Shown piece after piece: positions 1-9,529 of a stretch of DNA of 64,000 nucleotides. The stretch is taken from positions 688,114-752,113 of the forward strand of contig CBDFGE010000006.1 of NCBI GenBank assembly GCA_965247055.1. Direction: 5' to 3'. Numbering within the stretch: the first letter of the stretch is position 1; every line of letters starts with the position of its first letter. The translations under genes were made by a program, and so were the position numbers. The notes beneath the pieces were generated by a model. That model was given only the letters and a program-made list of their open reading frames with translations, searched no databases and was not told where the DNA came from. The DNA comes from Dehalococcoidia bacterium. GTDB taxonomy: Bacteria > Chloroflexota > Dehalococcoidia > Lucifugimonadales > JAGWBF01.

Positions 1-1349
1 GTAACAAGAGGAGAGGGTCTGGATGAAGAGAGACCACCACGTCATCCTTAGCGGGCAAAGACGAGCCTGAGAAAGGAGGACAACGGTGGTCAAGGAAAGG
101 ATGGACCTGCTTGAGCTAATGCGCAAGAGGGGAGTCGACGGTGACGTGGACTTTCTACGAGAGGCACTGAGAGTGCTGGTCGAGGAGATCATGGAGGCTG
201 ATGTGTCATCGAGGACCGGTGCTGGGTATGGAGAACGCAACCCTGAGCGGGTGACCCAGCGCAACGGGTACCGGTCTCGAGCATGGGACACTCGCGTAGG
301 GACCATGGAGTTGCAGATACCCAAGCTCAGAGAGGGAAGCTACTTTCCGAGCCTGCTGGAGCCACGGCGTCGCAGCGAGCGAGCTCTGCTGGCGGTGATC
401 CAGCAGGCGTATGTGGAGGGTGTATTGGACGAGGCGAGTGGATGATCTGGTCAAGGCTCTTGGGTGCGAGGGTATCTCAAAGAGCCAAGTGTCGCGTATC
501 TGCCAGGAGCTGGACGGGGTGGTGGAGAGCTTCCTGGGTCGGCCGCTGGACGGCGGATCATATCCCTACCTGTGGCTGGACGCACTAACCCAGAAGGTCA
601 GAGAGGCCGGTAGGATAGTCAACGTCAGCGTGGTGGTGGCGACGGCGGTCAATAGCGAGGGCAAGCGTGAGATCGTTGGGATGGACGTGGGTACCAGTGA
701 AGACGGCGCCTTCTGGCTGGCCTTCCTGCGCTCACTGGTCGCCAGGGGCCTCGGCGGGGTGGAACTGGTGGTATCGGACGCTCATCAGGGACTCAGGGAT
801 GCCATCGCAACTGTCTTCGGTGGGGCCAGTTGGCAGCGGTGCCGCACCCACTTCATGACCAACCTGCTCACTCGGGTCCCCAGGAGCGCTCAGCCCTGGG
901 TGGCCACCATGGTACGCACCATCTACCAGCAGCCGTCCCCTCAGGAGGTGCATGCCCAACTCGAGCGGGTGATTGCTCAGCTCCAGGACCCGTTCCCACA
1001 GGGCGCCTCTCGACTGGACGAGGCTGGACCCGACGTCCTGGCCTTCTCCAGCTTCCCCGTCGCCCACTGGAAGAAGATCTGGTCCAACAACCCCCTGGAG
1101 CGTCTCAACAAGGAGATACGGCGCCGCACCGATGTGGTGGGCATCTTCCCTAACCGCCCAGCTGTCCGTCGGCTGGTCGGCGCCGTCCTAGCTGAGCAGC
1201 ACGACGAGTGGGCCGTCGGCCGTCGATACATGACACAGGAGGTAACCACCTCCAACGAAGCTCTACCCAGAGCCGAACTCGCAGAGGCAGCGGCCTAGAC
1301 GATATCAACAGGATGACGTACTCTTACACCACTCTATGGGACGTGACCC
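1..1349 (+). mobile_element. IS256-family insertion sequence, copy A (left tip cut off by the window start)
   Basis: nt 1-1349 match the reverse complement of about 18042-19388 almost base for base. Encodes a Mutator/IS256-type transposase. Identity with copy B stops at 1349 (acgtgaccc). Confidence 0.9.
86..1298 (+). pseudogene. IS256-family transposase, inactivated by a +1 frameshift near nt 427-429
   Basis: ORFs 86-445 and 411-1298 together reproduce the intact 403-aa transposase at 18093-19304. Copy A reads gggtgtattggacgagg where copy B reads gggtgtatcgacgagg, a net +1 nt, which splits ...QQAYVEGV/STRRVDDLVKAL... Confidence 0.9.
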
Positions 1350-2246
1350 CACGAAATCCCGGCCACCGAAGGCCGCCGATCCCTGGGCCGCCCGAAGCAG
1401 CGCCACCGCCCCCCGTGGGCTGACCCCAACCACCACGGCCGGATGCTCCCGGGTCGCCCCTACCAGATTGACAATATACTGCCTTACCGGCAGCGCCACC
1501 TGGACCTGCCGCACTGTGTCCTGCATCTCCACCACCTCGTCGACACTCAGCACGGGAGCCACCTCCGGTAGCCCGTGCTCCGAGCGGGAGAGTATCTCCA
1601 GCTCCTGTTGCGGCGTAGGTAGCCCTATACTCGTGGAGACCAGGAACCGGTCTAGCTGGGAGTTGGGCAGGGGAAAGGTGCCGTGGCTTTCCACCAGGTT
1701 CTGGGTCGCGATGACCATGAAGGGTCGGGGCAACGTGTGCTGGACGCCGTCGGCGGTTACCTGGTACTCACCCATGGCTTCCAGCAGCGCCGACTGAGTC
1801 CGGGGTCCCGTCCGGTTTACCTCGTCGGCCAGCACGATATTGGCGAAGATAGGTCCTGGTACGAACTCGAACCGGCTCTGCCGCAGGTCGAAGATAGACG
1901 ACCCGGTAATGTCGCTGGGCAGCAGGTCCGGCGTAAATTGAATCCGGGAGAACCGCCCCGCGAGGGACTGAGCTATGGTCTTGGACAGCAGGGTTTTACC
2001 GACAACCGGAAGATCCTCTAGGAGCACGTGCCCCTGGGCGAAGAGCCCCAGCAGCGCAGACTGAATCGTCCTCTCCGAGGCCACCACTACCAGGGCTATG
2101 TTGGAGGCCAGGGCTGCGAACCGCTCATGGAACCGGGTCCACTTCACGGTGCCGTCTTCGTCCGACCGGGCTTCTCTTAGCAGTTTCACGGCACCCCGCC
2201 TTTCGATCCGTTTCCCGGCCGCGCACCTCCCCGGACGCATCCCCAA
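1350..2246 (-). pseudogene. MoxR-family AAA+ ATPase, 3' end truncated by IS256 copy A
   Basis: MoxR-like sequence (LLEDLPVVGKTLL..., ILADEVNRTGPRTQSALLEAM, MVIATQN, GVSPRGAVALLRAAQ). The reading frame runs from ...GGRDFV straight into IS sequence, so about 40-50 C-terminal residues expected for the family are missing. The P-loop is atypical (DLPVVGKT rather than GxPGxGKT). Confidence 0.75.
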
Positions 2247-2638
2247 GGGCAGACCGGCACCAGCAGAGAGGCGCTGTTGACTGCCGCTGTATGAAGGTCA
2301 AGTATAGCACGGGGCCTCCATGGCTTCCAGGGTGAACCCTCCCCACTTCCGGGGGGGGTGCACCCGGTTCGTGCTGTCGACGTTCGGTGTGGGCCGCCGA
2401 CGGAGGGTGTCGCCTCGGGAAACCCCGGAAGCTATCCGTCTGCCGGCGCCTGGTATAGCTCCGTGTCGGGGCGGTAGTCCCTCCCCGAGAACCAGAACTC
2501 GTAGTGGGACGCCACGCGTTCAAGGGTGGCCCCACGCGCCGCCGGCGTGTAATCCGAACCTCGATAAATCTTTCCGGGATGAGCCACATCCAAAGGACTA
2601 AAAGGGTGGTACCCAATTTTACACCAGGGGTTGACGAG

Positions 2639-2908
2639 ATGCTGCTCCGGGTAGCGGAGTTGAAATGCCACAACTGCGGCCGCACGAGGGGGGAGATCGT
2701 AGCACCAACCGTGGGCGGACTGGACGTGAAGGCCACGTCCTTGAGGGCGGCAGCCCGTTCACGTGCGGCTGGACAGAGGACCTCGCCACGCTGCCGTCAT
2801 TGTGGCGGACTGCTATACGTCGATGAGCCCTTCAGCGTGCGCTCCGGCGAGCTATCGAGACTCGTAGATATCCCGGGCAGGCCCGTCCTCGACGCCAAGG
2901 CCGCGTGA
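2639..2908 (+). CDS. hypothetical small protein with two CxxC pairs (zinc-ribbon-like)
   Basis: ATG at 2639 within ORF 2504-2908. CHNCG...CRHCG motif and GC-rich third codon positions. No family recognised and the RBS is weak. Confidence 0.3.
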   Translation: MLLRVAELKCHNCGRTRGEIVAPTVGGLDVKATSLRAAARSRAAGQRTSPRCRHCGGLLYVDEPFSVRSGELSRLVDIPGRPVLDAKAA

Positions 2909-3072
2909 AGGGGCCGTGGATTCTCGGCCGTGGCCAGGCCACTCTCGTTGGGGGAGGATAGCGATTTGGGTGGCACATCGCTGACACGACGCTTCAGAGA
3001 TTCGGTCTCGGACGGCAGGGCTCCAGGTCCGTCGGGTATGAGGTAAAATAAGGACAGGGGGAAACGCGGACG

Positions 3073-4479
3073 GTGAGCAAAAAGGTGCTGGTGACGATTC
3101 TCATATCTCTGACGCTGGCCGCGATAGCCGGATCGGTGGTGGGCCTGGCCCTGATGTCGGGCTCCCGTGACGACCGTCCCTCCATGGCGGCGGTAGAGGC
3201 AGAGGAGCCCACGCCGGGTCCCGACGCCGCGGCCACTTCCACCTCCGGGTCCGAGGTCCCTCCGCGGTCCGGGATGCTCGTCGCGCCCGATCCGGATTTC
3301 GAGAAGGCGCTAAAAAACGCCAGCTTCCGCACCCGCGGGTGGAAGACCGATTTCAGTCTTCACACTGTGCCCTATAGCGAGATAATATCGGGCGGCCCTC
3401 CCCGCGATGGGATCCCCCCGATAGATAACCCCGAGTTCGTCTCTCCCGAGAACGCCAATGGCTGGCTCGGACCCCTGGAACCCGTCATCGCCTTCGAGAT
3501 CGATGGAGACGCCAGGGCCTATCCCCTCCAGATACTCATCTGGCACGAGATCGTGAACGACATCGTGGCCGGGGTACCCGTGACGGTAACCTTCTGTCCC
3601 CTGTGCAACTCCGCCATCGTCTTCGACAGGCGGCTCGAGGGAGTCGTCTACGACTTCGGCACCTCGGGCAACCTGCGTAACAGCGACCTTGTAATGTGGG
3701 ACCGCCAGACCGAGTCCTGGTGGCAGCAGCTCACCGGTGAGGCGATAGTCGGGGAGCTCGCCGGCAAGAAGCTGACCTTCCTCCCGGCGTACATGATCTC
3801 GTGGTCGGAGTTCAAGGCCGCCCATCCGAACGGGACGGTGCTGTCCCGGGACACGGGCTTCCGTCGCAACTACGGCACCAACCCGTACTCCGGCTACGAT
3901 CGCGCAGATAGCTTTCCTTTCCTTTTCCGGGACGACCCCGACGGGCGGCTCCCGCCAAAGGAGCGGATTGCGGCGGTCACCATCGGCGGCGTCGATGCGG
4001 CGTTTCCCTTCTCCATTCTGGAGGAGGAGCGGGTGGTCAGCTACACCGTCAACGGCCAGGAACTGGTGGTGTGGTTCGTGCCCGGGACCCAGTCGGCCCT
4101 TGACCGGAGCGCGATAGACCAGTCCCGGGAGGTCGGCGCCACTGGAGTCTTCGACCCCCATCTGGACGGCCGAGCACTCACCTTCCGGGCCGACGGCGAC
4201 CGGATCGTGGACAACGAGACCGAGAGCGTCTGGAACATACTGGGCACGGCCACTGAAGGGCCGCTGGCCGGGAAGCGGCTGACGCCCATCGTCCACGCCA
4301 ATCACTTCTGGTTCGCCTGGGCAGCATTCAAGCCCGAGACCAGGGTCTACACGGGGGGGCCCAATAGCGCCTCGGCAAACTTGAGCGCCGGGCCCCCGGC
4401 GTGGCCATGTCCCCCCGCTACAGGGGCAGCGGAAGCTCGGTATTATCCGGAGGTATGTCATCCACCCCAAAGGCATTGA
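3073..4479 (+). CDS. DUF3179 domain-containing protein with an N-terminal membrane anchor
   Basis: GTG start followed by a hydrophobic segment. Typical DUF3179 core: GGPPRDGIPPIDNPEF...YPLQILIWHEIVND...TFCPLCNS...VMWDRQTESWWQQ. Confidence 0.8.
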   Translation: MSKKVLVTILISLTLAAIAGSVVGLALMSGSRDDRPSMAAVEAEEPTPGPDAAATSTSGSEVPPRSGMLVAPDPDFEKALKNASFRTRGWKTDFSLHTVPYSEIISGGPPRDGIPPIDNPEFVSPENANGWLGPLEPVIAFEIDGDARAYPLQILIWHEIVNDIVAGVPVTVTFCPLCNSAIVFDRRLEGVVYDFGTSGNLRNSDLVMWDRQTESWWQQLTGEAIVGELAGKKLTFLPAYMISWSEFKAAHPNGTVLSRDTGFRRNYGTNPYSGYDRADSFPFLFRDDPDGRLPPKERIAAVTIGGVDAAFPFSILEEERVVSYTVNGQELVVWFVPGTQSALDRSAIDQSREVGATGVFDPHLDGRALTFRADGDRIVDNETESVWNILGTATEGPLAGKRLTPIVHANHFWFAWAAFKPETRVYTGGPNSASANLSAGPPAWPCPPATGAAEARYYPEVCHPPQRH

Positions 4480-4996
4480 TGTTAAAGGCCAGAAGGGCAT
4501 AGTAAGCCATCACATTAGTGAGCTCGACGAGTCCCCGGATCCCGAACTGGGAGAGGGCGGCGTCGAAGGTACCCCGGCTTACCTGGTGGGTCCGGAACCA
4601 CTCCTGCCCATACTTCACAACCGCGCTCTCCTGGGGCGTCAGGCCCGTGAGCTCTTTCCTGTCGCGCAGGCGGTCGACTATCTCATCCCGCACGCCGGAC
4701 TCCCGACCCAGCTTGGCATGGGCGTACCAGATAAACTGGCAGTCGAGTTCCCTGGCCGTGACCAGCATGGCCAGCTCCCTCGTCATTGGAGATATAACCG
4801 ACTCTCGGGTAAGGTAGCTCCGCAGAAGCTCGCCACGCTTGGCGACCTCCGGGACGTTTATCATTACGGAGACCGGGCCGGGCGCGCCTCCAAACTTCTC
4901 AATAACGTCGGGGCCGTAAAGCCGCAAGACATCATCGAAAAGGGCCTTCTGGTCTTCAGGGACGCTTTCCTTGGTCGCTGGGGGAATCCGTGCCAT
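4418..4996 (-). CDS. carboxymuconolactone decarboxylase (AhpD-like) family protein
   Basis: Internal ATG at 4996 preceded by GGAAGGAG. MARIPPATKE...ELAMLVTARELDCQFIWYAHAKL pattern. The upstream part of ORF 4418-5446 is antisense to the SDR gene. Confidence 0.75.
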   Translation of the reverse strand: MARIPPATKESVPEDQKALFDDVLRLYGPDVIEKFGGAPGPVSVMINVPEVAKRGELLRSYLTRESVISPMTRELAMLVTARELDCQFIWYAHAKLGRESGVRDEIVDRLRDRKELTGLTPQESAVVKYGQEWFRTHQVSRGTFDAALSQFGIRGLVELTNVMAYYALLAFNINAFGVDDIPPDNTELPLPL

Positions 4997-5043
4997 GTTC
5001 AGCTCCTTCCTTAACGTATGGATGACGGGGCCGACCCCCGCCG

Positions 5044-5805
5044 CTACCGGGCGGTCCAGCCGCCATCGGCAAGAATGGCCGCGCCGGTTATAAAAGACGC
5101 CTCCTCGGAGCAGAGGAACGCGGCCACGCCAGCTATCTCCTCGGGCTCGCCGATGCGGCCGAGGGCGATGCGCTCTATCCGGCTCCTGAGGGAGGCCTCC
5201 GGGTCGGGCGTCTGCTCCCTGTTGGAGCGGGAGAGAGGTGTGTCCACCGGCCCGGGACAGACGCAGTTTACCCTGATACCATCGGCGGCGTGGTCCAAGG
5301 CCAGGCACCGGGTCAGCTGGATTACCGCTCCCTTGGTGGCAGGGTACACGGCCGAGGCTTCGATCCCCACCACCCCAAGCTGGGAAGCCGTATTCAGGAT
5401 GACCCCTCCCCCTTGGGACTTCATTACTGGGATCGCCTCCTTGCATCCCAGGAACACTCCCTTTACGTTGACGGCGAACAGCCGGTCGAAGTCCCGCTCG
5501 TCTATCTCCAGGACGGTCCCCCGGATGCTTATGCCGGCGTTGTTGAAAAGGATGTCCAGGCGCCCGTACGTCTCGACGGCGGCCGCTATCATACGCCTCA
5601 CCGACCTGGCGTCGGTCACATCGGCGACAACGGCCAAGGCTGTACCCCCTTCCTCTCCGACCTCGCGGACGGTCTCCGCCACGCCCTCGGAGTTGGTGTC
5701 TACAGCCACCACTTTGGCCCCCTCGCGAGCAAACCTGAGGGCCGAAGCCCTTCCAATGCCCGACGCGGCCCCAGTGATGAGGGCCACCTTATCCTTCAGC
5801 GGCAT
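5044..5805 (-). CDS. short-chain dehydrogenase/reductase (FabG-like)
   Basis: TGAASGIGRA Rossmann motif, NNAG, and S...YxxxK (YPATKGAV). Start ATG at 5805 preceded by GGGAGGGG. Confidence 0.9.
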   Translation of the reverse strand: MPLKDKVALITGAASGIGRASALRFAREGAKVVAVDTNSEGVAETVREVGEEGGTALAVVADVTDARSVRRMIAAAVETYGRLDILFNNAGISIRGTVLEIDERDFDRLFAVNVKGVFLGCKEAIPVMKSQGGGVILNTASQLGVVGIEASAVYPATKGAVIQLTRCLALDHAADGIRVNCVCPGPVDTPLSRSNREQTPDPEASLRSRIERIALGRIGEPEEIAGVAAFLCSEEASFITGAAILADGGWTAR

Positions 5806-6409
5806 GGTCCCCTCCCGTGTCCGTATCGCCTCCGTCATCCCGCCACCGCCGGCTCAGAGCCCGCGCCACCGCTTCGAAGGATTCCCCCATGGTACGGGCG
5901 GGATAGCCGGTTATTCCCACGCCATGCACCACTCTCAGGGACACGAAGGTGGGGCCGTCCTCCTGCAGGACCTCTTCCAGGCCGAGGATCAGTGTCTCCA
6001 GATCGTCGAACCGGTAGGCCCGGGGATAGCCTGCCTCCTCCGCGAAAGCTTTGAAATTGACGCGTCCCGCGCCGGAGAGGGGCCGTCGATGGGCCGATAC
6101 GGAGCTCCCATCCTCCAGCAGAAAGTGTACCAGGTTCTTCGGGGCAGCACCGCCAACGGTTATCAAGCTACCCAGGTTGAGGGGCAGGGCACCGTCACAG
6201 TCGAGGACCAGTACCGCGCAATGAGGCTGGGCGAGTGCCACGCCCAGCCCTACCGAGGAGCATTTGTCCGCACAGTCCCAAAGGTCAAGGTCCAAGTCCC
6301 TCCGGGACGACACGTAGGCCCACTCCCTCAAGGCCCCGCCGGCAGACACTACGATAGCGTCCCCTCTGCGGTCGCTGATCGTCCTCATAGCCTCAAGGGC
6401 TGGTATCAC
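5789..6409 (-). CDS. TPP-binding (PP-domain) beta-like subunit, divergent second paralog
   Basis: GTG start at 6409 preceded by AGGAGGGAG. Colinear with the beta subunit at 6630-7217, but the TPP/Mg motif reads LDCDGA...EDGSS instead of LDGDGS...ENGVY. Confidence 0.7.
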   Translation of the reverse strand: MIPALEAMRTISDRRGDAIVVSAGGALREWAYVSSRRDLDLDLWDCADKCSSVGLGVALAQPHCAVLVLDCDGALPLNLGSLITVGGAAPKNLVHFLLEDGSSVSAHRRPLSGAGRVNFKAFAEEAGYPRAYRFDDLETLILGLEEVLQEDGPTFVSLRVVHGVGITGYPARTMGESFEAVARALSRRWRDDGGDTDTGGDHAAEG

Positions 6410-6442
6410 CTTGGCGCTCCCTCCTGGCTTTCCTATCCGGGG

Positions 6443-6622
6443 TCACCGCCCTCCGTGGGCCAGGGCCATGAACCACATGCCCAGGGGTATCATTACGCCT
6501 CCCAGCACCCCCAGGGGTACGTTGTAGTCCAGGAATCCGGTGAAAAGCAGCCAGAACCCACCGCCGAACACCGCGAGACCAAAGGCCCGCCCCAAAAGAC
6601 TCCCGGCAAGAAGCTTCAGCAT
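6443..6622 (-). CDS. small two-helix membrane protein
   Basis: MLKLLAGSLLGRAFGLAVFGGGFWLLFTGF...GVLGGVMIPLGMWFMALA. The ATG at 6622 lies 7 nt after the upstream stop, inside the operon. Confidence 0.5.
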   Translation of the reverse strand: MLKLLAGSLLGRAFGLAVFGGGFWLLFTGFLDYNVPLGVLGGVMIPLGMWFMALAHGGR

Positions 6623-6629
6623 CCCGGCA

Positions 6630-7217
6630 CTAGAGACCGAAGACCCGGGCAAGGTCCTTCATTCCCATCTGCATGGTTCTAGGGTCCCACGTCCTCAAGT
6701 GCACAGGCGTGTTCTCTATCTCCGGCACTATCTTCAGGCACACGAGTACAGGGCCCCGCTGCTCGAGGACCTCTTCTATGCCGGTGGCCAGATCTTCGGT
6801 GTCGTCGAACTCATAGACGGCGGCATATCCGGCCTCCCTGGCCATCCCGGCAAAGCCGATTACCCCTTCCCCGGGGATGGGCTGCCCGCCGGTAACGGCG
6901 TAGACACCGTTCTCGAAGACGAAGTGGTACAGGTTCTCGGGCGCCTTGTTCGCGATCGTGGCCAGGGTCCCCAGGTTCATTAGAAGGCTGCCGTCGCCAT
7001 CCAGTACAATTATCTTGCGCTCCGGCCTCGCCAGGGCCAGGCCCAGTGCAACGGAGGAGGTCTTGCCCATGGCTCCGGACACGGGAAAGTCCATCTCCTC
7101 CCTACGGGTCACGCTGGGCAGACCGAACCTGGGGTTGCCCGCGTTCATGGTGGTGATAATGACCGCATCGCCCCGGTGCTCGTCCACTATCTTGACGGCG
7201 TCCACGTTTTTGATCAT
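6630..7217 (-). CDS. sulfopyruvate/phosphonopyruvate decarboxylase-like TPP enzyme, beta subunit
   Basis: GAMGKTSSVALGLALA...VLDGDGSLLMNLGTL...FENGVY is a canonical GDG-N TPP-binding motif, in a roughly 190-aa split-subunit format like ComE. Confidence 0.8.
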   Translation of the reverse strand: MIKNVDAVKIVDEHRGDAVIITTMNAGNPRFGLPSVTRREEMDFPVSGAMGKTSSVALGLALARPERKIIVLDGDGSLLMNLGTLATIANKAPENLYHFVFENGVYAVTGGQPIPGEGVIGFAGMAREAGYAAVYEFDDTEDLATGIEEVLEQRGPVLVCLKIVPEIENTPVHLRTWDPRTMQMGMKDLARVFGL

Positions 7218-7267
7218 GGCCTCTGTTCTCCGCCGTGGATGGTTTGGGCTGCCTTCGTGGCCGCTGA

Positions 7268-7771
7268 CTAGACGCCGAATTCGGTCCCGAGCAGCACCGC
7301 CACGGGCCGGGAAGTCCGGGCGGCCTGTTCCATGGCCAGGGAGATCCGGGGGGCGTGCTCGTCGACCTCTACCAGGTAGTAGTCTATGCCCCAGGTGTGA
7401 AGGATATGCTCGATGAAGCGAGCCGCCGAGTCACTAGTAACCCCGTGCCTGTCCCAGCCCCGGTAGCCCACCAGCATCACCAGGGGCTGGTTTATGTCCA
7501 GGCAGAGGCCCCGTATGGAATCGCCCGACTCCATGACCCCCGTATTCTGGATCAGCACAACCGGCTTTTTGCCCCCTACCCATAGCCCCGCGGCTATGGC
7601 CATGGTCTCCCCCTCCCGGCAGACCGGGACAAGGTCCAGGTCAGGGTCGGCCAGCAGCCGGTGGTACATGAAGTTGGTTTCACTGTCTGGAAGCCACACC
7701 ACGTGGGTAACCTGGTTCTTCTTGAGCTCTCCGATGATCGAGTCGGGGTGCAGCACCGTCTCCAGCTGCAT
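7268..7771 (-). CDS. sulfopyruvate/phosphonopyruvate decarboxylase-like TPP enzyme, alpha (PYR-domain) subunit
   Basis: ATG at 7771 preceded by GGAGGTG. VCREGETMAIAAGLWVGGKKPVVLIQNTG is typical of the N-terminal TPP pyrimidine-binding domain (ComD-like). Confidence 0.8.
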   Translation of the reverse strand: MQLETVLHPDSIIGELKKNQVTHVVWLPDSETNFMYHRLLADPDLDLVPVCREGETMAIAAGLWVGGKKPVVLIQNTGVMESGDSIRGLCLDINQPLVMLVGYRGWDRHGVTSDSAARFIEHILHTWGIDYYLVEVDEHAPRISLAMEQAARTSRPVAVLLGTEFGV

Positions 7772-8009
7772 GCCACCTCCAGTTTTCCCCCGCAGCCGCG
7801 GTCGACGGCACCTATTATATGCGAGGGTGGATGCGCGGTCAACGACGGTCTGCAGGGGCGGGTGGATGGCAGGCGGGCGCCGGAACAAGCGGGGCCCCCA
7901 AGTCTAAGTACAAAGTATTTGGGGAAAACCTGACCAAAAGAACGAGGGACATGGTGGGGATTGTGTCAAAAACCACAATCTTGACAAGAGCGTCTCCACC
8001 GATTTAGAC

Positions 8010-8037
8010 TTGACCTCAACTGGCTGGCCGGTATATA
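8010..8037 (+). promoter_or_regulatory. candidate sigma-70 promoter (TTGACC, 16 nt spacer, TATATA)
   Basis: TTGACC at 8010-8015 and TATATA at 8032-8037, about 150 nt upstream of the 8190 start. A perfect 7-bp inverted repeat GATTGTG-N8-CACAATC lies at 7959-7980. Confidence 0.3.
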
Positions 8038-8189
8038 TGGGTCTAAGCGCGTTGAGGCCAGCGTCGGGGGCCGGGGTCGGGAGTCTAGCATCAGCAAGAT
8101 GCTGACCAAGAATAGGGATGTGGTTCTTACCTTTTGCCGAGGGGCTCGGTTGCCGGGGCGATGTTAGGTAGGAGCGAGGAGGAGGGGGA

Positions 8190-8912
8190 ATGGCAGTAGT
8201 GACGTTCACGGGTCCTCCTGGCACCCCAGGAGGCGAGGTAGGCGTTCTGGTGGCCCGGCTGCTGAACGCCGATTACGTTGATAGGCTCATCCTGGCGGAG
8301 GCCGCCAAGCGCATCGGGTCTACTGTCGAGGTCCTGGAAATCAAGGAGCGCCGTACAATCCAGTTCAAGGACCGTCTAGCCCACTTCTTCCAGTCCATGC
8401 TGGAGCGCTCCGCGATGTCGGGGGCCGGAGGAGAGCCGTACTTCAGCCCCGGAATGGAGTATCTGCCCTCGGAAGAGTACACCGATCTGGCCCAGGAGCC
8501 TCGGACGGCAGCCCAGCGCCTCAACGACCAGCACTTCATAGAGGTGACCAGCACCGTCATCACGGAACTGGCTAGATCTGGCAACGTGGTGATCATCGGT
8601 CGCGGTTCGTGCATGATACTAAAGGATGTGCCGGAGGCGTTTCACGTGGCCATGGTTGAGCCCCTGGAACAGCGGATACGGCGCATCATGAAGACGGAGC
8701 ACGTCGACGCCAAAGAGGCTGAGGAGCACATAGACGATAGGGAGAAGGCGAGGATCAGCTACTACCGGAAGTTTTTCAAGGTACACCCCGATGACCCCAG
8801 CCTGTACCACATGGTCTTGAATCTGGGGGCCCTTGACGTAAAAGCCGCGGCGGAGATCGTTGCCCGGGCCGCGGAAAAGGTCGCGCTGGAGCCGGACCCG
8901 ATACCGGGCTAG
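8190..8912 (+). CDS. cytidylate kinase-like family protein
   Basis: ATG preceded by GGAGGAGGGGG. N-terminal GPPGTPGGEVG...LLNADYVDRLILAEAAKRIG resembles the Cytidylate_kin2 family. Confidence 0.55.
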   Translation: MAVVTFTGPPGTPGGEVGVLVARLLNADYVDRLILAEAAKRIGSTVEVLEIKERRTIQFKDRLAHFFQSMLERSAMSGAGGEPYFSPGMEYLPSEEYTDLAQEPRTAAQRLNDQHFIEVTSTVITELARSGNVVIIGRGSCMILKDVPEAFHVAMVEPLEQRIRRIMKTEHVDAKEAEEHIDDREKARISYYRKFFKVHPDDPSLYHMVLNLGALDVKAAAEIVARAAEKVALEPDPIPG

Positions 8913-8973
8913 TCCCCGCTGTGTCCCGCAACTGCGCTTCAGGCATGTTTAGCTTAAGTTTGGCGGGGAGTTG

Positions 8974-9519
8974 ATGCAGACGAGGAGATACAGTGCTCTA
9001 ACGCTGGACGACCCCCAGCAGCGGACACCTGTGGGCGTCGCCGCACGGCAACCCCAGAGCGACCGAACTGCCCAGATAGTGGCCCTTCGTAACGAGGGGG
9101 TTCTGCTCTGGGAAATCGCCGACCGGGTGGGGGTGACCAAAGAAAGGGTACGTCAGATCCTGGCCAAAGCGCGGGAAATGGGCGTGGGGCCAGCGCCCCC
9201 CCAGCAAATCGTCACTCGGCGGGCGTCCATGATGTTGGGTATGTCCTCTGAAATGCGTCCGGGGTCCTTTCGAAGTCTCATGGCTAAGTTCAGCGTAGAA
9301 CCGGTGGCCAGCAAGAGGGGACGCCTGTACTGGTCGGTCGAGGAGCTTTTGGCTATCGAACTCCCCAGGTGCGTGGTCTGTGAGTCGCCGTTCTCCCTGA
9401 GAAGGTATGCCAGGTCCGTGACCTGCAGCCGCGACTGCTCGACGTACCGGCGCTCCCGCTCTTCGAGCCGGAGGAAGGCCCGGGCTCCCAGCGATACAGG
9501 ACAGCGGAGTTCTACGTAG
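8974..9519 (+). CDS. hypothetical protein with a sigma-70 region-4-like HTH
   Basis: IVALRNEGVLLWEIADRVGVTKERVRQILAKAR is an HTH-like segment. There is a C-terminal Cys cluster and a basic tail. Confidence 0.4.
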   Translation: MQTRRYSALTLDDPQQRTPVGVAARQPQSDRTAQIVALRNEGVLLWEIADRVGVTKERVRQILAKAREMGVGPAPPQQIVTRRASMMLGMSSEMRPGSFRSLMAKFSVEPVASKRGRLYWSVEELLAIELPRCVVCESPFSLRRYARSVTCSRDCSTYRRSRSSSRRKARAPSDTGQRSST

Positions 9520-9529
9520 CCATCAGGGG

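Noticed and set aside
2125-2736. 203-aa minus-strand ORF, and other ORFs in the 2.25-3.07 kb gap
   Set aside because: No motifs, poor start contexts and mutually overlapping frames. Only the small CxxC ORF is listed, at low confidence.
4418-4479. 62-nt convergent overlap of the DUF3179 ORF with the AhpD-like gene, considered as a possible antisense regulatory arrangement
   Set aside because: The DUF3179 tail after about 4350 is low-complexity (PPAWPCPPATGAAEARYY) and probably just runs to the first available stop. There is no evidence for function.
5018-6682. 554-aa plus-strand ORF, and similar long ORFs at 35215-37170 (651 aa), 45553-46749, 25413-26699, 13791-15236 (upper part), 29459-30925, 59873-61024 and 61979-62758
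   Set aside because: These are shadow ORFs typical of high-GC DNA. Each lies antisense or out of frame to a gene with clear family motifs. Their products are Arg/Pro/Gly-rich and low in complexity, with no recognisable motifs.
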